DNA of 64,000 nt from the human T2T-CHM13v2.0 reference genome, Homo sapiens (GCA_009914755.4 CP068257.2:24512001-24576000), one strand, 5' to 3'. Shown: positions 27,792 to 42,039, numbered from the stretch's first letter. Numbers and translations are program-made. The notes: generated by a model from the letters alone, not told the origin.

Positions 27792-28211
27792 CTTTTTTCT
27801 TTTTTTTTTTTTTGAGACATAGTCTCTCTCTTTTCCCCAGGCATGATCTCTGCTCACTGCAACCTCTGCCTCCAGGGATCAAGCAATTCTCATGCCTCAG
27901 CCTCCTGAGTGGCTGGGATTACAGGTGTGTGCCACCATACCCGGCTAATTTTTTTTTTTGTATTTTTAGTAGAGATGGGGTTTCACCATGTTGGCCAGGC
28001 TGGTCTTGAACTCCTGACCTCAAGTGATCCACCCACCTCAGCCTCACAAAGTGCTGGGATTACGTGCGCACACACCTAGCTAATTTTTGTATTTTAGAAG
28101 AGACGGGGTTTCACCATGTTGACTGATCTCGAACTCCTGACCTCAAGTGATCCACCTGCCTGGGTCACCCAAAGTGCTGGGATTACAGGCATGAGCCACC
28201 GCGCCTGCCTG
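27792..28211 (-). mobile_element. Alu SINE followed by a partial tandem Alu copy (composite)
   Basis: Full minus-orientation Alu to ~28066, then cacctagctaatttttgtattttagaagagacggggtttcaccatgttgactgatctcgaactcctgacctcaagtgatccacctgcc ... gggattacaggcatgagccaccgcgcctgcctgg repeats the left-monomer half. Confidence 0.85.
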
Positions 28212-29283
28212 GCACCTCTCCCCATTCCTTGTTTTTGTTTGCTGCACCAACTCCTAGTGTTGCACAAAGCATGCTTTAGGGAATGTGGTTTGGAAGCATT
28301 CGAATCAAACCCTTGAATTTTTTTAGACCCTTGTAGAAGTGAAGGTTTATAGTGTACATTTTTGTCAAAGCAGATGGGTTCTTTTCACTGAAAGTTGTTT
28401 TCACACATGACCTTGAAAATAAATTAATAAAAAAAAAGTAGAAATATTAGGCTGACAGACATTTTAAAGTAGGGCATAAGATGCCATAAAAAGCCTTTTG
28501 AAAGTTTAAAATAGGAGTTAAAGTGTGTGTTATATGGAAGATACCAGATTAGAGTCTTTGAATATTTATTATATAAATGTGCAAGTATATGACCAGCTTC
28601 TTCCCAGTTTGGGGGAGTAATGGGACGGCATTCAGTTCACATTTGAGACTGCTTCTCTTTAAATTTTCGTAAGTGAAAAGGAAGAAGGATCACTAAGTTT
28701 ACAAAGACAAGTCTCGGAATAAGACTTTCGTTCACTGTATTGCCTTTAATCATCTGGTGGGAGGGCCCTCAAGAAGTGGCCAAGGCCCTATGAAGATTGG
28801 TGAAGAGTTTCAAGGAGGAGAATTGAAGGAGACAGCTATGGGATTAATTTTGAGAGATGCCTTTGCTGAAATGTCTCATAAAATATACATGGAGAGCAAG
28901 GGCACAAGGAGACAGAGAACTCTCTCGGCCAAACAATAAATCAGAATTTCCATAGTTTTTCTCTGTTAGTCCTTATTGAAAAATTTGTCTACTGCTAATG
29001 GTGTCAAGTAGCCCTGCCAGCCCTCATTATTGTACCAAAAAGCAAAACGAGGAAAAGGTTTAGGGAGCTAGGTCTAAAAGGAATATCATTTCTGTTTCCC
29101 AACAATTAGTGAAAACAGATTCTGTTACCAAAATCTTGCAGAACCAAGGGTCCTAATACCCACTTTATTCTGGTGAGTTTGTCAGTCGATAAAAAATACT
29201 AACAGGCCAGGTTCTTTTCTCAGATAAACAGTAAAATAACATGGTTATAAACAGAAAAAAAATGGTGAAAACACAAATCTTGG

Positions 29284-32066
29284 TGTATTAGGCCATTCTT
29301 GCATTGCCAAAAAGAAATATCTGAGACTAGGTAGTTTATAAAGAAAAGAGGCCGGGTGCAATGGCTCACACCTGTAATCCCAGCACTTTGGGAAGCTGAG
29401 GTGGACAGATAACCTTAGGTCAGGAGTTCGAGACCAGCCTGGCCAACGTGGTGAAACCTCATCTCTACTAAAAATACAAAAATTAGCTGGGTGTGGTGGC
29501 ATGCACCTGTAATCCTAGCTACTCAGGAGGCTGAGGCAGGAGAATCACTTGAGCCTCAGAGCAGAGATAGTGCCACTGCCTTCCAGCGTGGGCCACAGGA
29601 TGAGACTCCATCTCAAAAAAAAAGAGAGAGAGATTTAATCAGCTTATGATTCTTCAGGCTTTGCAGGAAGCCTGATGCTGGCATCTGCTTGGCTTCTGGT
29701 GAGGCCTCAGGAAACTTACAATCATGATGGAAGGTGAAGGGGGAGTAGGGATGTCACATGACCAGACCGGGAACAAGAGAAAGCATGGTGCCACACACTT
29801 TTAAACAGCCAGATCTCATGAGAAGTCACTCATCACAAGGACAGCAACAAACAGATAGTGCTAAACGATTCATGAGTAATCCACCCCCATGATCCAATCA
29901 CCTCCTACCAGGTCCCGCCTCCAATACTAGGGATTACAATTCCACATGAGATTTGGGTGGGGATAAGTACACAAACTATATCATTCTGCCCCAGCCCCTC
30001 TCAAATCTCATGTCCCTCTCTCATTTCAAAATACAATCATGCCTTCCCAACAGTCCTCCAAGGTCTTGACTTGTTCCAGCATTAACTCAAAAGTCCAAAG
30101 TCCAAATTCCAAGTCCAAAGTCTCATCTGAGACTCATCTCTTTCCATCTATGAGCCTGTAAAATCAAAACAAGTTATTTACTTCCAAGATATAATGGGAG
30201 TACCAGCACTGGGTAAACATTCCCATTCCAAAAGGGAGAAATCAGCCAAAAGAAAGGGGCTATAGTCTTCATGCAATTTCAAAACCCAGCAGGGCAGTCA
30301 TTAAACCTTAAAGTTCCAAAATAATTTCCTTTGACTCCATGTCCCACATCCAGGGCACACTGGAGCAAGGGGTGGGCTCCCAAGGCTATCAGCAGCTCTG
30401 CCTCTGTGGCTTTGCAGCTGGGTACAGCCCTCATGGCTGCTCTCACAGGTTGTTGAGTGCCATGGCTTTTCTAGGCACAAGGTGTAAGCTGCTGGTAGAT
30501 CTGCCATTCTCAGGCCTAGAAGGCAGGGGCCCCCTTCTCACAGCTCTGCCAGGTCATGCCCCATTGGGGACTCTGTGTGGGGTCTCCAGCCTCACACTTC
30601 CCCTTGTCACTGCCCTAGTAGAGGTTATCTTTGGAGGCTCTGCACCTGCAACAAGTTTCTGCCTGGGCACCCAGGCTTTCTTGTACAGCCTCTGAAATTT
30701 AGGTTGAGGCTGCCAAGCATTCTTTAATCTTATATTCTGTGCACCTACATACATAACACTGTGTGGAAGCCTCCAAGTCTTATGGCTTGCATTCTCCAAA
30801 GTGGCAGCCCAAACTGTACCTGGGTCCCTTTGAACCGCAGCTGGAGCTGGAGTGGCTGGGATATGGAGAGCAGTGTTCCAAGGCTGTGCAGGGCAGTGGG
30901 GCCTTGGGCCTAGCCCACAAAACCATTCTTTCTTCCTAGGTCTCTGGGTCTGTGATGGAAGGAGCTGCTGCAAAGGTCTCTTAAATACCTTCAAGGCCTT
31001 TTCCCCATTTTCTTGGATATTACCATCTGGATTCTTTTTAGTTATGCAAATATCTCTAGCAAGTGGTTTGCTCTGCAACCTGCTTGGATTCTTCCCATGA
31101 AAATGGGCTCAGCTTTTCAACCACATGGCCAGCCTGCAAATTTTCCAAACTTATACGCTGTCCTTCCCTTTTAAATATGAGTTCCAGCTTTAAGTCACTT
31201 CTTTGCTCCTATATCTGAGTCGGGCTGCTAGAAGCAGCCAGGTTAATTCCTAAATGCTTTGCTGCTTAGAAATTTCTTCTGCCAGATACCCTAGGTCATC
31301 ACTCACAAGTTCAAACTTCCACACACCCCTGGGGCATGAAGAGAATGCAGCCAAGTTCTTTGCTAATGCATAGCACATGTGATCTTTGCTCCAATTCCCA
31401 ATAAGTTCCTCATTTCCATCTGAGACCTTGGCAGGCCTGGACTTCACTATTCATATTTCTGTCAGCATTTTGGTGACAACCATTTAACCAGTCTCTAAGA
31501 TATTCCAAACTTTTCCTCATCTTCCTGTCTTCTGAGCTCTCCAAACTCTTCCAACCTCTGCCCAGTTCCAAAGTTACTTCCATGTTTTCAGATATCTTTA
31601 TATCAATGCCCCCATTACTCAGCACTAATTTTCTGTGTTACATCGTTCTTGCATTGCTGTAAAGAAATACCTGAGATGGGTAATTTGTAAAGAAAAGAGG
31701 ACTATTTCCCTCACACTTCTGCAGGCTTTACATGAATCACAGTGCTGGCATCTGCTTGACTTCTGGTGAAGCTTCAGGGAGTTTTCAATCATGGTGGAAT
31801 GCAAAGGGGAAGCACACACATCACCTGGTGAAAGCATGTGATGAGCAAGAGAGAGAGAGCGGTTGGGGGTGTTGCCACACACTTTTAATGAGACCAGATC
31901 TCATGTGAACTCAGAGGGAGATCTCACTTATCACCAAGGGAGTGGCCCAAGGCATTCATGAGGGATCCACCTCCATGATTGAAACATCTCCCACCAGGCC
32001 CCACCTCTAACACTGGGATTATACCTCAACATGAGATTTAGACAGGGGCAAATATCCAAACTCTAC
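29284..32066 (-). mobile_element. Full-length THE1-class MaLR element (LTR-internal-LTR), minus orientation, with an Alu inserted in the left-hand LTR
   Basis: Left LTR 29284-29989 runs tgtattaggccattcttgcattgcc...aaagaaaagag [Alu] gatttaatcagctt...cttacaatcatgatggaaggtgaagg...gatttgggtggggataagtacacaaactatatca. Internal region 29990-31633 runs ...caaaagtccaaagtccaaattccaagtccaaagtctcatctgagactc... Right LTR 31634-32066 runs catcgttcttgcattgctgtaaagaaatacctgagatgggtaatttgtaaagaaaagagg...gatttagacaggggcaaatatccaaactctaccacc. Peptides from the internal region (ORFs 31410..31625(-) and 31250..31447(-)) are homologous to those of the THE1 copy at 63555+ (ORF 63604..63801). Confidence 0.75.
29350..29634 (+). 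mobile_element. Alu SINE inserted into the MaLR LTR
   Basis: ggccgggtgcaatggctcacacctgtaatcccagcactttgggaagctgagg ... gatgagactccatctcaaaaaaaaagagagagag. Flanked by LTR sequence aaagaaaagag / agagagatttaatc. Confidence 0.9.
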
Positions 32067-32283
32067 CACCTGGTTTTCAGGTCATTCTAGAGCACTAGCA
32101 GCTACCCTGGCTTAAATCCTGAAAAGTATCAAATTTATGTGTTTTTGACCGACATAAGAAAACAGGTCAAAGATTTGCTTAGTCCATTGTACCATTTCTG
32201 CCTTAACTACTTGGGAGCTACTGGGAATTTTCTATTTTTAAAATCAGGTTGTATCAAGATTGTTTGGTGTTTTTCTTTTTTCT

Positions 32284-32593
32284 TTTCTTTTTTTTTTTTT
32301 TTTTTTTTGAGACGGAGTCTTGCTCTGTCGCCCAGGCTGGAGGGCAGTGACGCGATCTCCGCTTGCGGCAAGCCCCACCTCCCGGGTTCACACCATTCTC
32401 CTGAGCGCCTCAGCCTCCCGAGTAGCTGGGACTACAGGCATCCGCCACCATGCCTGGCTAATTTTTTGTATTTTTAGTAGAGACGGGGTTTCACTCTGTT
32501 AGCCAGGATGATCTCGATCTCCTGACCTCGTGATCCACCCACCTTGGCCTCCCAGAGTGGTGTGATTACAGGCGTGAGCCACTGCGCCTGGCC
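32284..32593 (-). mobile_element. AluY-like SINE with a 15-bp TSD (1 mismatch)
   Basis: long poly(T) + gagacggagtcttgctctgtcgcccaggctggagggcagtgacgcgatctccgcttgcggcaagccc ... gattacaggcgtgagccactgcgcctggcc. TSD tgtttggtgtttttc at 32261-32275 and tgtttggtgcttttc at 32595-32609. Confidence 0.92.
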
Positions 32594-33127
32594 CTGTTTG
32601 GTGCTTTTCGACCAAAATCTCTAAACAACTCCAAAAGCCATAAACAGACTAAGCTAGAAAAAGGCAGACAAAGATATTAGAAACTAAGCTTGAGTAACTC
32701 AAGTCTTTAATGCTGTCTTACTAGTCTCAGTAATTCAGCACCTAGGAAACATCCACAGAAGACATTTTATCAATCAAAACAAAGAAGCTCGGGCAAGCAC
32801 AGTGATGTGTGCTCACTCATAGATAGACTTGTTTTTGAAATTAGTCTTCAGTGATATTCATTCAGTGTGAGATTTAGTCTCCATAAACCGAAGCACAACA
32901 CAACTTGAAGCTTTACTGGACCCTTGGGAGTGAGAAGCAGTTCTGTAATGTGTCTGTGATTAAGTAGCAGTTTCATCCTGATTTTTCAAGCTCAGAGCTC
33001 TCTACCCTTTCACATGCTTGAAGACAAGATGTTGGACAACTGGCCCAGAGGATGTTTTCCTCTCATTTCTGTAATCTTCTGATAAGGAAGGAACGATGTG
33101 ACTTAACATGACTCTCCTTCAATCTGA

Positions 33128-33490
<363 letters not shown>

Positions 33491-34717
33491 TGAAGTCTCT
33501 CTTTCACAACTCTCTTACAGTTCCTGTTAGTTGAGGAAAAAAAATCTGGAATTACAGTGTTTACAACTGAAAGGGATGAAGTAGTCATTTAGGCCAAGTC
33601 TTTAATTTGATGAGGACTTACTGGAGAGCCAGATAAATGAAGTCCCTTGCATATGGTCATATGAATATTTATTGGCAAAGCTTGGCCTTTGTCCTCCTGA
33701 CTTCCAGATCTCATTTCATCTTGTGGTGCTTCCAGCATCTGGCCACCTTGCTAGACCTGAGTCATAAAAGCAATGGGGCGCTAAGACCAGCCATACTATA
33801 GGAAGTGGTGACAGTTTCCTCATTTAAAGTTGGGTTGTCTTTCTAGAATCTTAGAGTTGGAACTCAACTCAGAAATCACCTGTTTGATCCTCCCACAAAG
33901 GCAGGTGTCTCTCTTGCAATATTCTTGAGACAATCATCTGGCTTCTGCCTCCTTATTTTCTATTATCGGGAGCCAGCTTCAGGAAATAAAACATTTCACT
34001 AGAATTTTTGTGTTGTTACATTTAGCTAAAATTTACCTTCTCTTCACTTCTGTCCTTACATCCCAACACTGCCCCATGCAGTAACACCAAATGCAAAGAC
34101 AGACTGTGCTTTCAACCACAGGGCACTCCTCTAGAAGTGTTAAAATACTTATCCAGTATTTCCTCAAGCTTCTCTTTTTTTCTCAAAGCTAAATATCTGA
34201 TTTTTCTAAACTGTGCCTTATAGGTTACAGTTGCTGGATCCCTTGTGATGCTGAACTTTGGATGTATTCCTTTTGGCAAAATGACTGTATCCTACTTATC
34301 CACCAATTTGACAGATATTTAATAAGCACCTACTAAGTTGCAGGAGATTTAAAAAATACAAGCATGTAAATAAGAAAATATACAAAGTGATATATAACAA
34401 TACAGGCTGTGGAGAAAAATTAAGCAGAGCAAGGGGAGATGGAAAATTTGTGTATGGTTAGGAGCTTGGGACCTTGCTATTCTATTAATACAGTGATCAG
34501 GAAAGGCCCCACTGATGTAGTGAGCTTTGAGCAAACAAGTAAAGGAAATGAGGGAGGAAGACTTGCAACTGTTTGGGGAGAGAGGATTTGGGCATAGAGA
34601 ATAGCTCCTGAGGCAGAAATAAGTCTGATGTGTTTGGAGAACAGCGAGGTGGCCCTTGAGGCTCCAGTGGAGGGCGTGAGTGGGAGAGTGGGAGGAAGTG
34701 AGGTCAGGGAGGTTGTT

Positions 34718-35090
34718 ATGGGCTGAATGGTGTCTCCCCGGAATTCACATGTTGAAGCCATAAGCCCCAGAACCTCAGCACATGACTGTATTTCGAGATA
34801 ATGTCTTTAAAGACCTAAAATGAGGTCACTAGGGTGGGCCATAATCCAATATGACTGGTTTCCTCACAAGAAGAGGAAATTAGGACACAGATGGGCACAG
34901 GGGGAAGACCATGTGACGACACAGGGAGAAGAGAGCCATCTATAAGCCAAGCAGAGAAGCCCCCAGAGAAGCCAATCCTGCTGACACCTTCATCTCAGCT
35001 TCCAGCCTCCAGAATTGTGAGAAAATAAATTTCTGTTGTTTAAGGCATCCAGTCTCTGGTACTTTATTATGGCTGTCCTAGAAAGCTAAC
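34718..35090 (+). mobile_element. ERVL LTR (MLT2-like), plus orientation
   Basis: ggctgaatggtgtctccccggaattcacatgttgaagccataagccccagaacctcagcacatgactgtatttcgagataatgtctttaaagacctaaaatgaggtcactagggtgggccataatccaatatgactggtttcctcacaagaagaggaaattaggacacag...accatgtgacgacacagggagaagagagccatctataagccaagcag...ccagcctccagaattgtgagaaaataaatttctgttgtttaaggcatccagtctctggtactttattatggc. A near-colinear match to the MLT2 consensus as I recall it. Confidence 0.65.
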
Positions 35091-35497
35091 ACAGAGGGGA
35101 AAAGGGCCAGATAGTATAAGACCTTGAAAACCATTTTAAGTTCTTTGAGCAGAAGGGGAGCCAGTGAGGGTTTCGGAGCAGATGAAGGTGATGACTGGGC
35201 TCGTATTTTAAAAGCATCACTCTAGCTTCTGTACTGAAAGCAGTCTATGGGGAGGCAAGGACAGAAGGAAGAAAACCAGGAGGAGGCTATTGCAGAAATG
35301 TACATGAGGGTGGAAGGTGGTGAGGAGAGGGAAGTTTTGGAATATATTCTGAAGTTAGAGCCAAAAGGATTTTCTGATGAACTGAAATTGTGATGTGAGA
35401 GAAAGAAAGGAGTCAAAGATGACCCAAGGCTTTTGGCCACAGCAACTTGGAGAACGGAGTTAACATTCATTGAGATGGAAAGAACTGTAGGAGCAGC

Positions 35498-35660
35498 GGG
35501 CTTTTTTTTCCTTCTTCAACTTTTAAGTTCAGGGGTACATGTGGAGGATGTGCAGATTTGTTACATAGGTAAACGTGTGCCATGGTGATTTGCTGCACAG
35601 ATCAACCCATCACATAGGTATTAAGCCCTGCGTCCATTAGCTATTTTTCCTGATGGAGCA
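35498..35660 (+). mobile_element. L1 (LINE-1) internal fragment
   Basis: ttttaagttcaggggtacatgtggaggatgtgcagatttgttacataggtaaacgtgtgccatggtgatttgctgcacagatcaacccatcacataggtattaagccc...ttagctatttttcctgatg resembles the L1 ORF2 3'-end/3'UTR region. Confidence 0.6.
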
Positions 35661-35856
35661 GTGGGTTTTAAGGGGGAGGACCAAGAGTTCAGTATGGACA
35701 CATTAAGATTAAGATGCCTACTCATCTTTGAGTTTGAAATGCCAGCTAGGCTGTTGGATGCATGAATTTAGAATTCAGAGGAGTGGTCAGGGTAAGGATA
35801 CAGATGGTACTGAGTGAGATCACTTAGGGTGAAATGAGGACAAAAAGAAGGCTTTG

Positions 35857-36140
35857 GAGGCTGGGGATTGTGGCTCATGCCTGTAGTCTCAGCACTTTGA
35901 GAAGCCGAGGTGAGTGGATCACTTGAGGCCAGGAGTTCAAGACCAGCCTGGCCAACATGGCAAAACCCTGTCTCTACCAAAAATACAAAAATTAGCCAGG
36001 TGTGGTGGCAGGCATTGTAATCCCAGCTACTCAGAAGGTTGAGGCATGAGAATGGCTTGAACCTGGGAGGCAGAGGTTGCAGTGAGCTGAGATGGCACTA
36101 CTGCACTCCTGTCTGGGCCACAGAGTGAGACCTGGTCCCC
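35857..36140 (+). mobile_element. Alu SINE
   Basis: ggctggggattgtggctcatgcctgtagtctcagcactttgagaagccgaggtgagtggatcacttgaggccaggagttcaagaccagcctggccaacatggcaaaaccctgtctctaccaaaaatacaaaaattagccaggtgtggtgg ... ctgggccacagagtgagacc. Confidence 0.88.
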
Positions 36141-36606
36141 CTGAGCACCCCCCCAACAAAGTAAAGGATTTGGGATTAAGCCCTAGTGTACTTGGAAATG
36201 TTGAGGTTGTTAAGATGAGCAGGAAAAAGAGAAGCAAGCAGAGGAGGGGCAGCGAGTGGAGTAGGAAGAGAAAGAGGGTGGTTTCCAAGGAGCCAAGTCA
36301 AGAATGTGCTTCGTGAGGACAGAATGATTACTGGGTTGATGCTGCAGATACTGTGTGTCAAATAAGGTAAGGACTGCATTGTATTTAGTGATAGAGAGGT
36401 CATTGCTGACACTGACAAGAGCCAGTTCAGAATGGTGGGGACAGAAGTATGATTTGAGTGGGCTCAAGAGAGAGTAGGGGAAAGAAATTTGAGTCCAGCA
36501 ATGATTAAAATATTCTTTGGGAAGACTTTTGCTGTGAAGGGAGCAAAAAGCTGAAGGTAGCTAAAGAGAGATACCAAGAGAAGGTAATTTTATTATTATT
36601 TTTTGA

Positions 36607-36759
<153 letters not shown>

Positions 36760-36762
36760 TGA

Positions 36763-37174
<412 letters not shown>

Positions 37175-37442
37175 TTAGATTACAGGTATGAGCTGCCGCA
37201 CCTGGCAAAGAGGCTTTTTTTAATTGAATATGTGAAAATATATTTGTATGCAGAGGAGAATGATTCTGTAACAAAGGAAAATGGACAAAGCAGGAGAAGG
37301 AACAATTGTTGGAACAATGTCCTAGAGTATAAGAGAGAGTGGCACACTGAATACAAGCACAGGAGTTGGTCTTAGATGGGACTGACATCTCTAGCTATAT
37401 TACCTTATAGACAGCCACATGTAGCTATTTAAATGTAAATTA

Positions 37443-37809
<367 letters not shown>

Positions 37810-38144
37810 TCAATAGCTGCATATGGTTGGCGACTACAGTACTAGACAGCAGCAACAAAGAATATTTTGGTCATTACAGAAAGATCTGCTGAGCATGCCT
37901 GAGCTGAGAAATGAGGGAAGGCAGACATATGTATGAGCGCCTATGCAGAGAGGTGAGTAGATGTGGTTGCGGGGAGCTTGTGGAAAGTCTTTCCTGATTT
38001 CTTCTGTTTCTCACTAAAGGCTACTTAGGAGAAGGACCTGGAGCTTTGAGGAAAAGGTGCAGACTATATCTTTAGGAGATAGAGAGAGTGAGGGGACACG
38101 GGGAAAATGGCAGAATTGCAGAACAACTTTTAAGATCCACTTCA

Positions 38145-38545
38145 GGCCAGCACAGTGGCTCACACCCGTCATCCCTTTTTTAAAAACTTTGAGACAGGGT
38201 CTTGTGCTATAACCTAGACTGGAGTGTGGTGGAGCGATCTCGGCTCACTGCAGCCTCAACCTCCTTGACTCAAGTGATCCTCCCACATCAGCCTCCACTA
38301 CACCCGACTAATTTTTGTATATTTTGTAGGGACAGGGTTTCACTATGTTGCCCAGACTGGTCTCAAACTCCTAGACTTAAGCAATCTGCCTGCCTTGGCC
38401 TCCCAAAGTGCTGGGCATAAGCCACCACAACTGGCCACACCTGTAATCCCAACACTTTGGGAGACCGAGGTGCGAGAATCGCTTGAGGCCAGTTCAAGAT
38501 CATCCTGGACAACGTAGTGAGACCTCTTCCAAACAAAAAAGAATT
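38145..38545 (+). mobile_element. Alu left-monomer-like element (FLAM-like) interrupted by a nested Alu
   Basis: ggccagcacagtggctcacacccgtcatccc | [inserted Alu 38176-38436] | acacctgtaatcccaacactttgggagaccgaggtgcgagaatcgcttgaggccagttcaagatcatcctggacaacgtagtgagacctcttccaaacaaaaaag. Confidence 0.8.
38176..38436 (-). mobile_element. Alu SINE nested inside another Alu; 14-bp TSD derived from Alu sequence
   Basis: ttttttaaaaactttgagacagggtcttgtgctataacctagactggagtgtggtggagcgatctcggctcactgcagcctcaacc ... cccaaagtgctgggcataagccaccacaactggcc. TSD acacccgtcatccc (38162-38175) and acacctgtaatccc (38437-38450). Confidence 0.88.
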
Positions 38546-38566
38546 TTAAAAGTTAGTCAGGTGTGA

Positions 38567-39238
<672 letters not shown>

Positions 39239-39240
39239 GT

Positions 39241-39360
39241 GGTGCTCATCTGTAGTGCTACCTACTTGGGGGGCTGAGGCCAGAGGAGCCCTGGAACCCA
39301 GGAATTTGAGGTTGCAGTGAGCTATGGTGGGCCACCACACTCCAGAGCCAGCCCATCTCT
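39241..39360 (+). mobile_element. Alu right-arm fragment
   Basis: gctcatctgtagtgctacctacttggggggctgaggccagaggagccctggaacccaggaatttgaggttgcagtgagctatggtgggccaccacactccagagccagcc. Confidence 0.7.
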
Positions 39361-39684
39361 AAAAATAATTTTTAAAATATCCACTTTAGGTTAGTGATCT
39401 CTAATTTAGGGAAACCAATCAGCATGCTGTGTAGTTTTTTCCAACTTATGTTCACTGGCATGAATGCACTGTTACAGTAGGTAGAAAGCTGGGGCTAGTC
39501 CAATGAGTGGTTCTCTATCCTGGCTGCATGTTAGAATCACCTGGGTGAGTTATTTAAAAAAAAAAAAAAAAATCAGAAGCCTCATCCTTGTAGCCAAAGG
39601 ATCTGATTGAACATTCTGAAAATGGGGCCTGAGCAACGAACAATCTATTTAAAGCTCCCAAGGTGATTCTAACACAGACATGCT

Positions 39685-40006
39685 TTTTTTTTTTTTTTTT
39701 TTGAGACAAGGTCTCCCTTTGATGCTCAGACTGGAGTGCAGTGGCGCCATCTTGGCTTACCGCAACCTCAGCCTCCCAGGCTCAAGCGATTCTCCTGCCT
39801 CAGTCTCCTGAGTAGCTGGGATTACAGACGCATGCTACTACCACCTGGCTAATTTTTTTTGTTCTGTTTTTTTTTGTTTGTTTTTTTTTTTTTTTTTGTA
39901 TTTTTATTAGAGATGGGGTTTCACTGTGTTGGCCTGGCTGGCCTTGAACTCCTGACCTCAAATGATCCACCCACCTCAATCTCCCAAAGTGCTGGGATTA
40001 CAGGCC
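39685..40006 (-). mobile_element. Alu SINE with an expanded T-rich linker
   Basis: T18 + gagacaaggtctccctttgatgctcagactggagtgcagtggcgccatcttggcttaccgcaacctcagcctcccaggctcaagcgattctcctgcc ... gggattacaggcc. Confidence 0.9.
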
Positions 40007-40436
40007 AGATACGTGTTTAAGAACCACGGAGTTAGAGTAAGAATGTGGAGGAAATGTGCAGAGTAGAGATGAAGGATGGGGAACTGTGTTACTGATGGAT
40101 CATGGGTTCCACAGGTGCAAAGAAAGGCACTCAGGATTTGTGCAGGGATGGGGGACGGGATGAGATTGAGAAGTGTTCAAGGCTGATGAGCAATGAGAGA
40201 TGGGCTGGGAATCTAGGGCTTCTTGGGTGACAAATACAAATTGGGTAAAGGGCACATGGAGATTTGCCATGCTGGTCTAAATCAGCACAATCAACATAAA
40301 TGTAGTACAGATAATTTTAAATCTTTTATTGACCTTACTAGAAAAGAAACAAGTAAACTTAGTTTAATAGTATATTTTGTTATCCAATGTATGCAAAATA
40401 TTATTTCTTTTTTTGTTGTTTTTGCAAATTTCTTAA

Positions 40437-40578
40437 AAAAAAAAATACAGACAGCATCTTGCTTTGTCGACCAGGCTGGTCTCAAACTCCTGGCCTCAAA
40501 CTCCTGGCCTCAAGCAGTCCTACCACCTCAGCCTCCCAAAATGTTGGGACTACACAAATGAGCCACCACACCCAGCCC
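40437..40578 (-). mobile_element. Alu monomer-like fragment
   Basis: aaaaaaaaaaaatacagacagcatcttgctttgtcgaccaggctggtctcaaactcctggcctcaaactcctggcctcaagcagtcctaccacctcagcctcccaaaatgttgggactacacaaatgagccaccacacccagcc. Confidence 0.7.
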
Positions 40579-42039
40579 CAAATATCATTTCAACATGCAA
40601 TCAGTATAAACATTACTGAGATATTTGACATCCTTGTTTTTTTATAGTTAGTCTTCCAAGTTTGTGTGCATTTTACACTTCAAGCACATCCCAGTTCAGA
40701 GCAGACACATTTCAAGCGCTCGGTAACCACATGTGCAGTGGACCATGCAGGTCTAGGTGGTGGTGATGAGGTCGCAAATGTTGGATGATCTCTACAGAAC
40801 ATTCCTTTCAGAATACAAACATACTATAATATACTCAATCTTAAGGCAGCTGTATATGATTATATAGAATTATGTTCTTATTTAACCCAATATAGCTTTT
40901 CCAGAAAAGTATCATGAGAGTCTTAGTCACATGCTCTGCTAAAGTCCAAAAATTCCATGTTGGCCACACTTATCTAATAGAAATTAGTCTGGCATGAATT
41001 TCCTGGTGAATCCGTGCGAGCATCAGCTTCCAGAGGTGTCAGTTTCTTTTTTCTGTGTATTCTCATGCCAGTCTTTTAACAATCCAGTCTGCCTGCTTGC
41101 TTTCATTTGTGTGGAGCTGATCTTTTCTTATTTTCTGACAGTTGAAGTTACTTACTCTGGGGGAGAAAGGACGATGGGAAAATGAGCAACCACTTGCCAT
41201 TTAAGTGGTAGCAAAGCTGGATTTGATTTATTAGACCTGATGCTAGGATTCCAGATTATTATAAGCAAGAAACGGCTTGCATTGCTTGTGGAGGATCACG
41301 TGACAAAGGATTGACCAATCGACCATGGAAATAACTTGAAACTAAGTTGCCAAAGAGGGGGTGGTTGGAGGACAATGTCTAGATAAAAGGGCACCAAGAA
41401 AAATGAAGGAAAGGATGTTATGGAGAGAAAAGCAACAGAGAAGAGTGCCCTCACACGTGCTCGCAGAAAAAAATCAGGAAGTCGACTGGGGAAAAAAAGT
41501 TTGTGTGGATGCTTCTCTGTCTACGTACTGATGCTCAGAGTGGGAAAGAAGCAATCTGGTATTTTAACACAGGGAAGTAGACATGGCTTCATAGATGACA
41601 CCAAGTGTTGGTAGAATAAAACTGATAACTAGAGTTAAGGAATGAGAGTATAGTTCTTTTTCAAAAGAAACTGACCTGGGAGTATGCTCTTTTGCTTGCC
41701 CAGCTGGAAAAACATTTAAAAGCTCCCTCTTCAAACAGACAGCTTGAGTAGCCCCAGACCCAGGCGAACTCTTTGTCATTGTCCATGCCATTAGGGCAGG
41801 ATTTTAAAACAGGATTCTCACATCACTGCTCTACGTTGGAACACTGAATCAGATTATCTTTATCAGACAGTCTACACTCTATTCCCCCTCTTGTTCTGGT
41901 TTTATGCATTTCTGTGCTAGACTGAGTACATAATTTGTCAATAAAGCACGGATTTTGTGAATCAGACACATCCATGTTAAACCGGGGTCCATCATTTCCC
42001 ACATGGTGACATCATTCCTATTAGCTAAGCTTAGTCTCT

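Noticed and set aside
30554-31078. 174-aa ORF (minus strand) and neighbouring ORFs 30339..30695, 31250..31447, 31410..31625, 31625..31882; also 38900..39109, 63161..63550, 63528..63806 and 63604..63801
   Set aside because: All lie inside THE1/MaLR LTR or internal sequences. MaLR internal regions are non-autonomous and do not encode functional gag/pol. The ORFs are short, interrupted and shared between decayed copies, so they are fossil repeat sequence rather than host genes.
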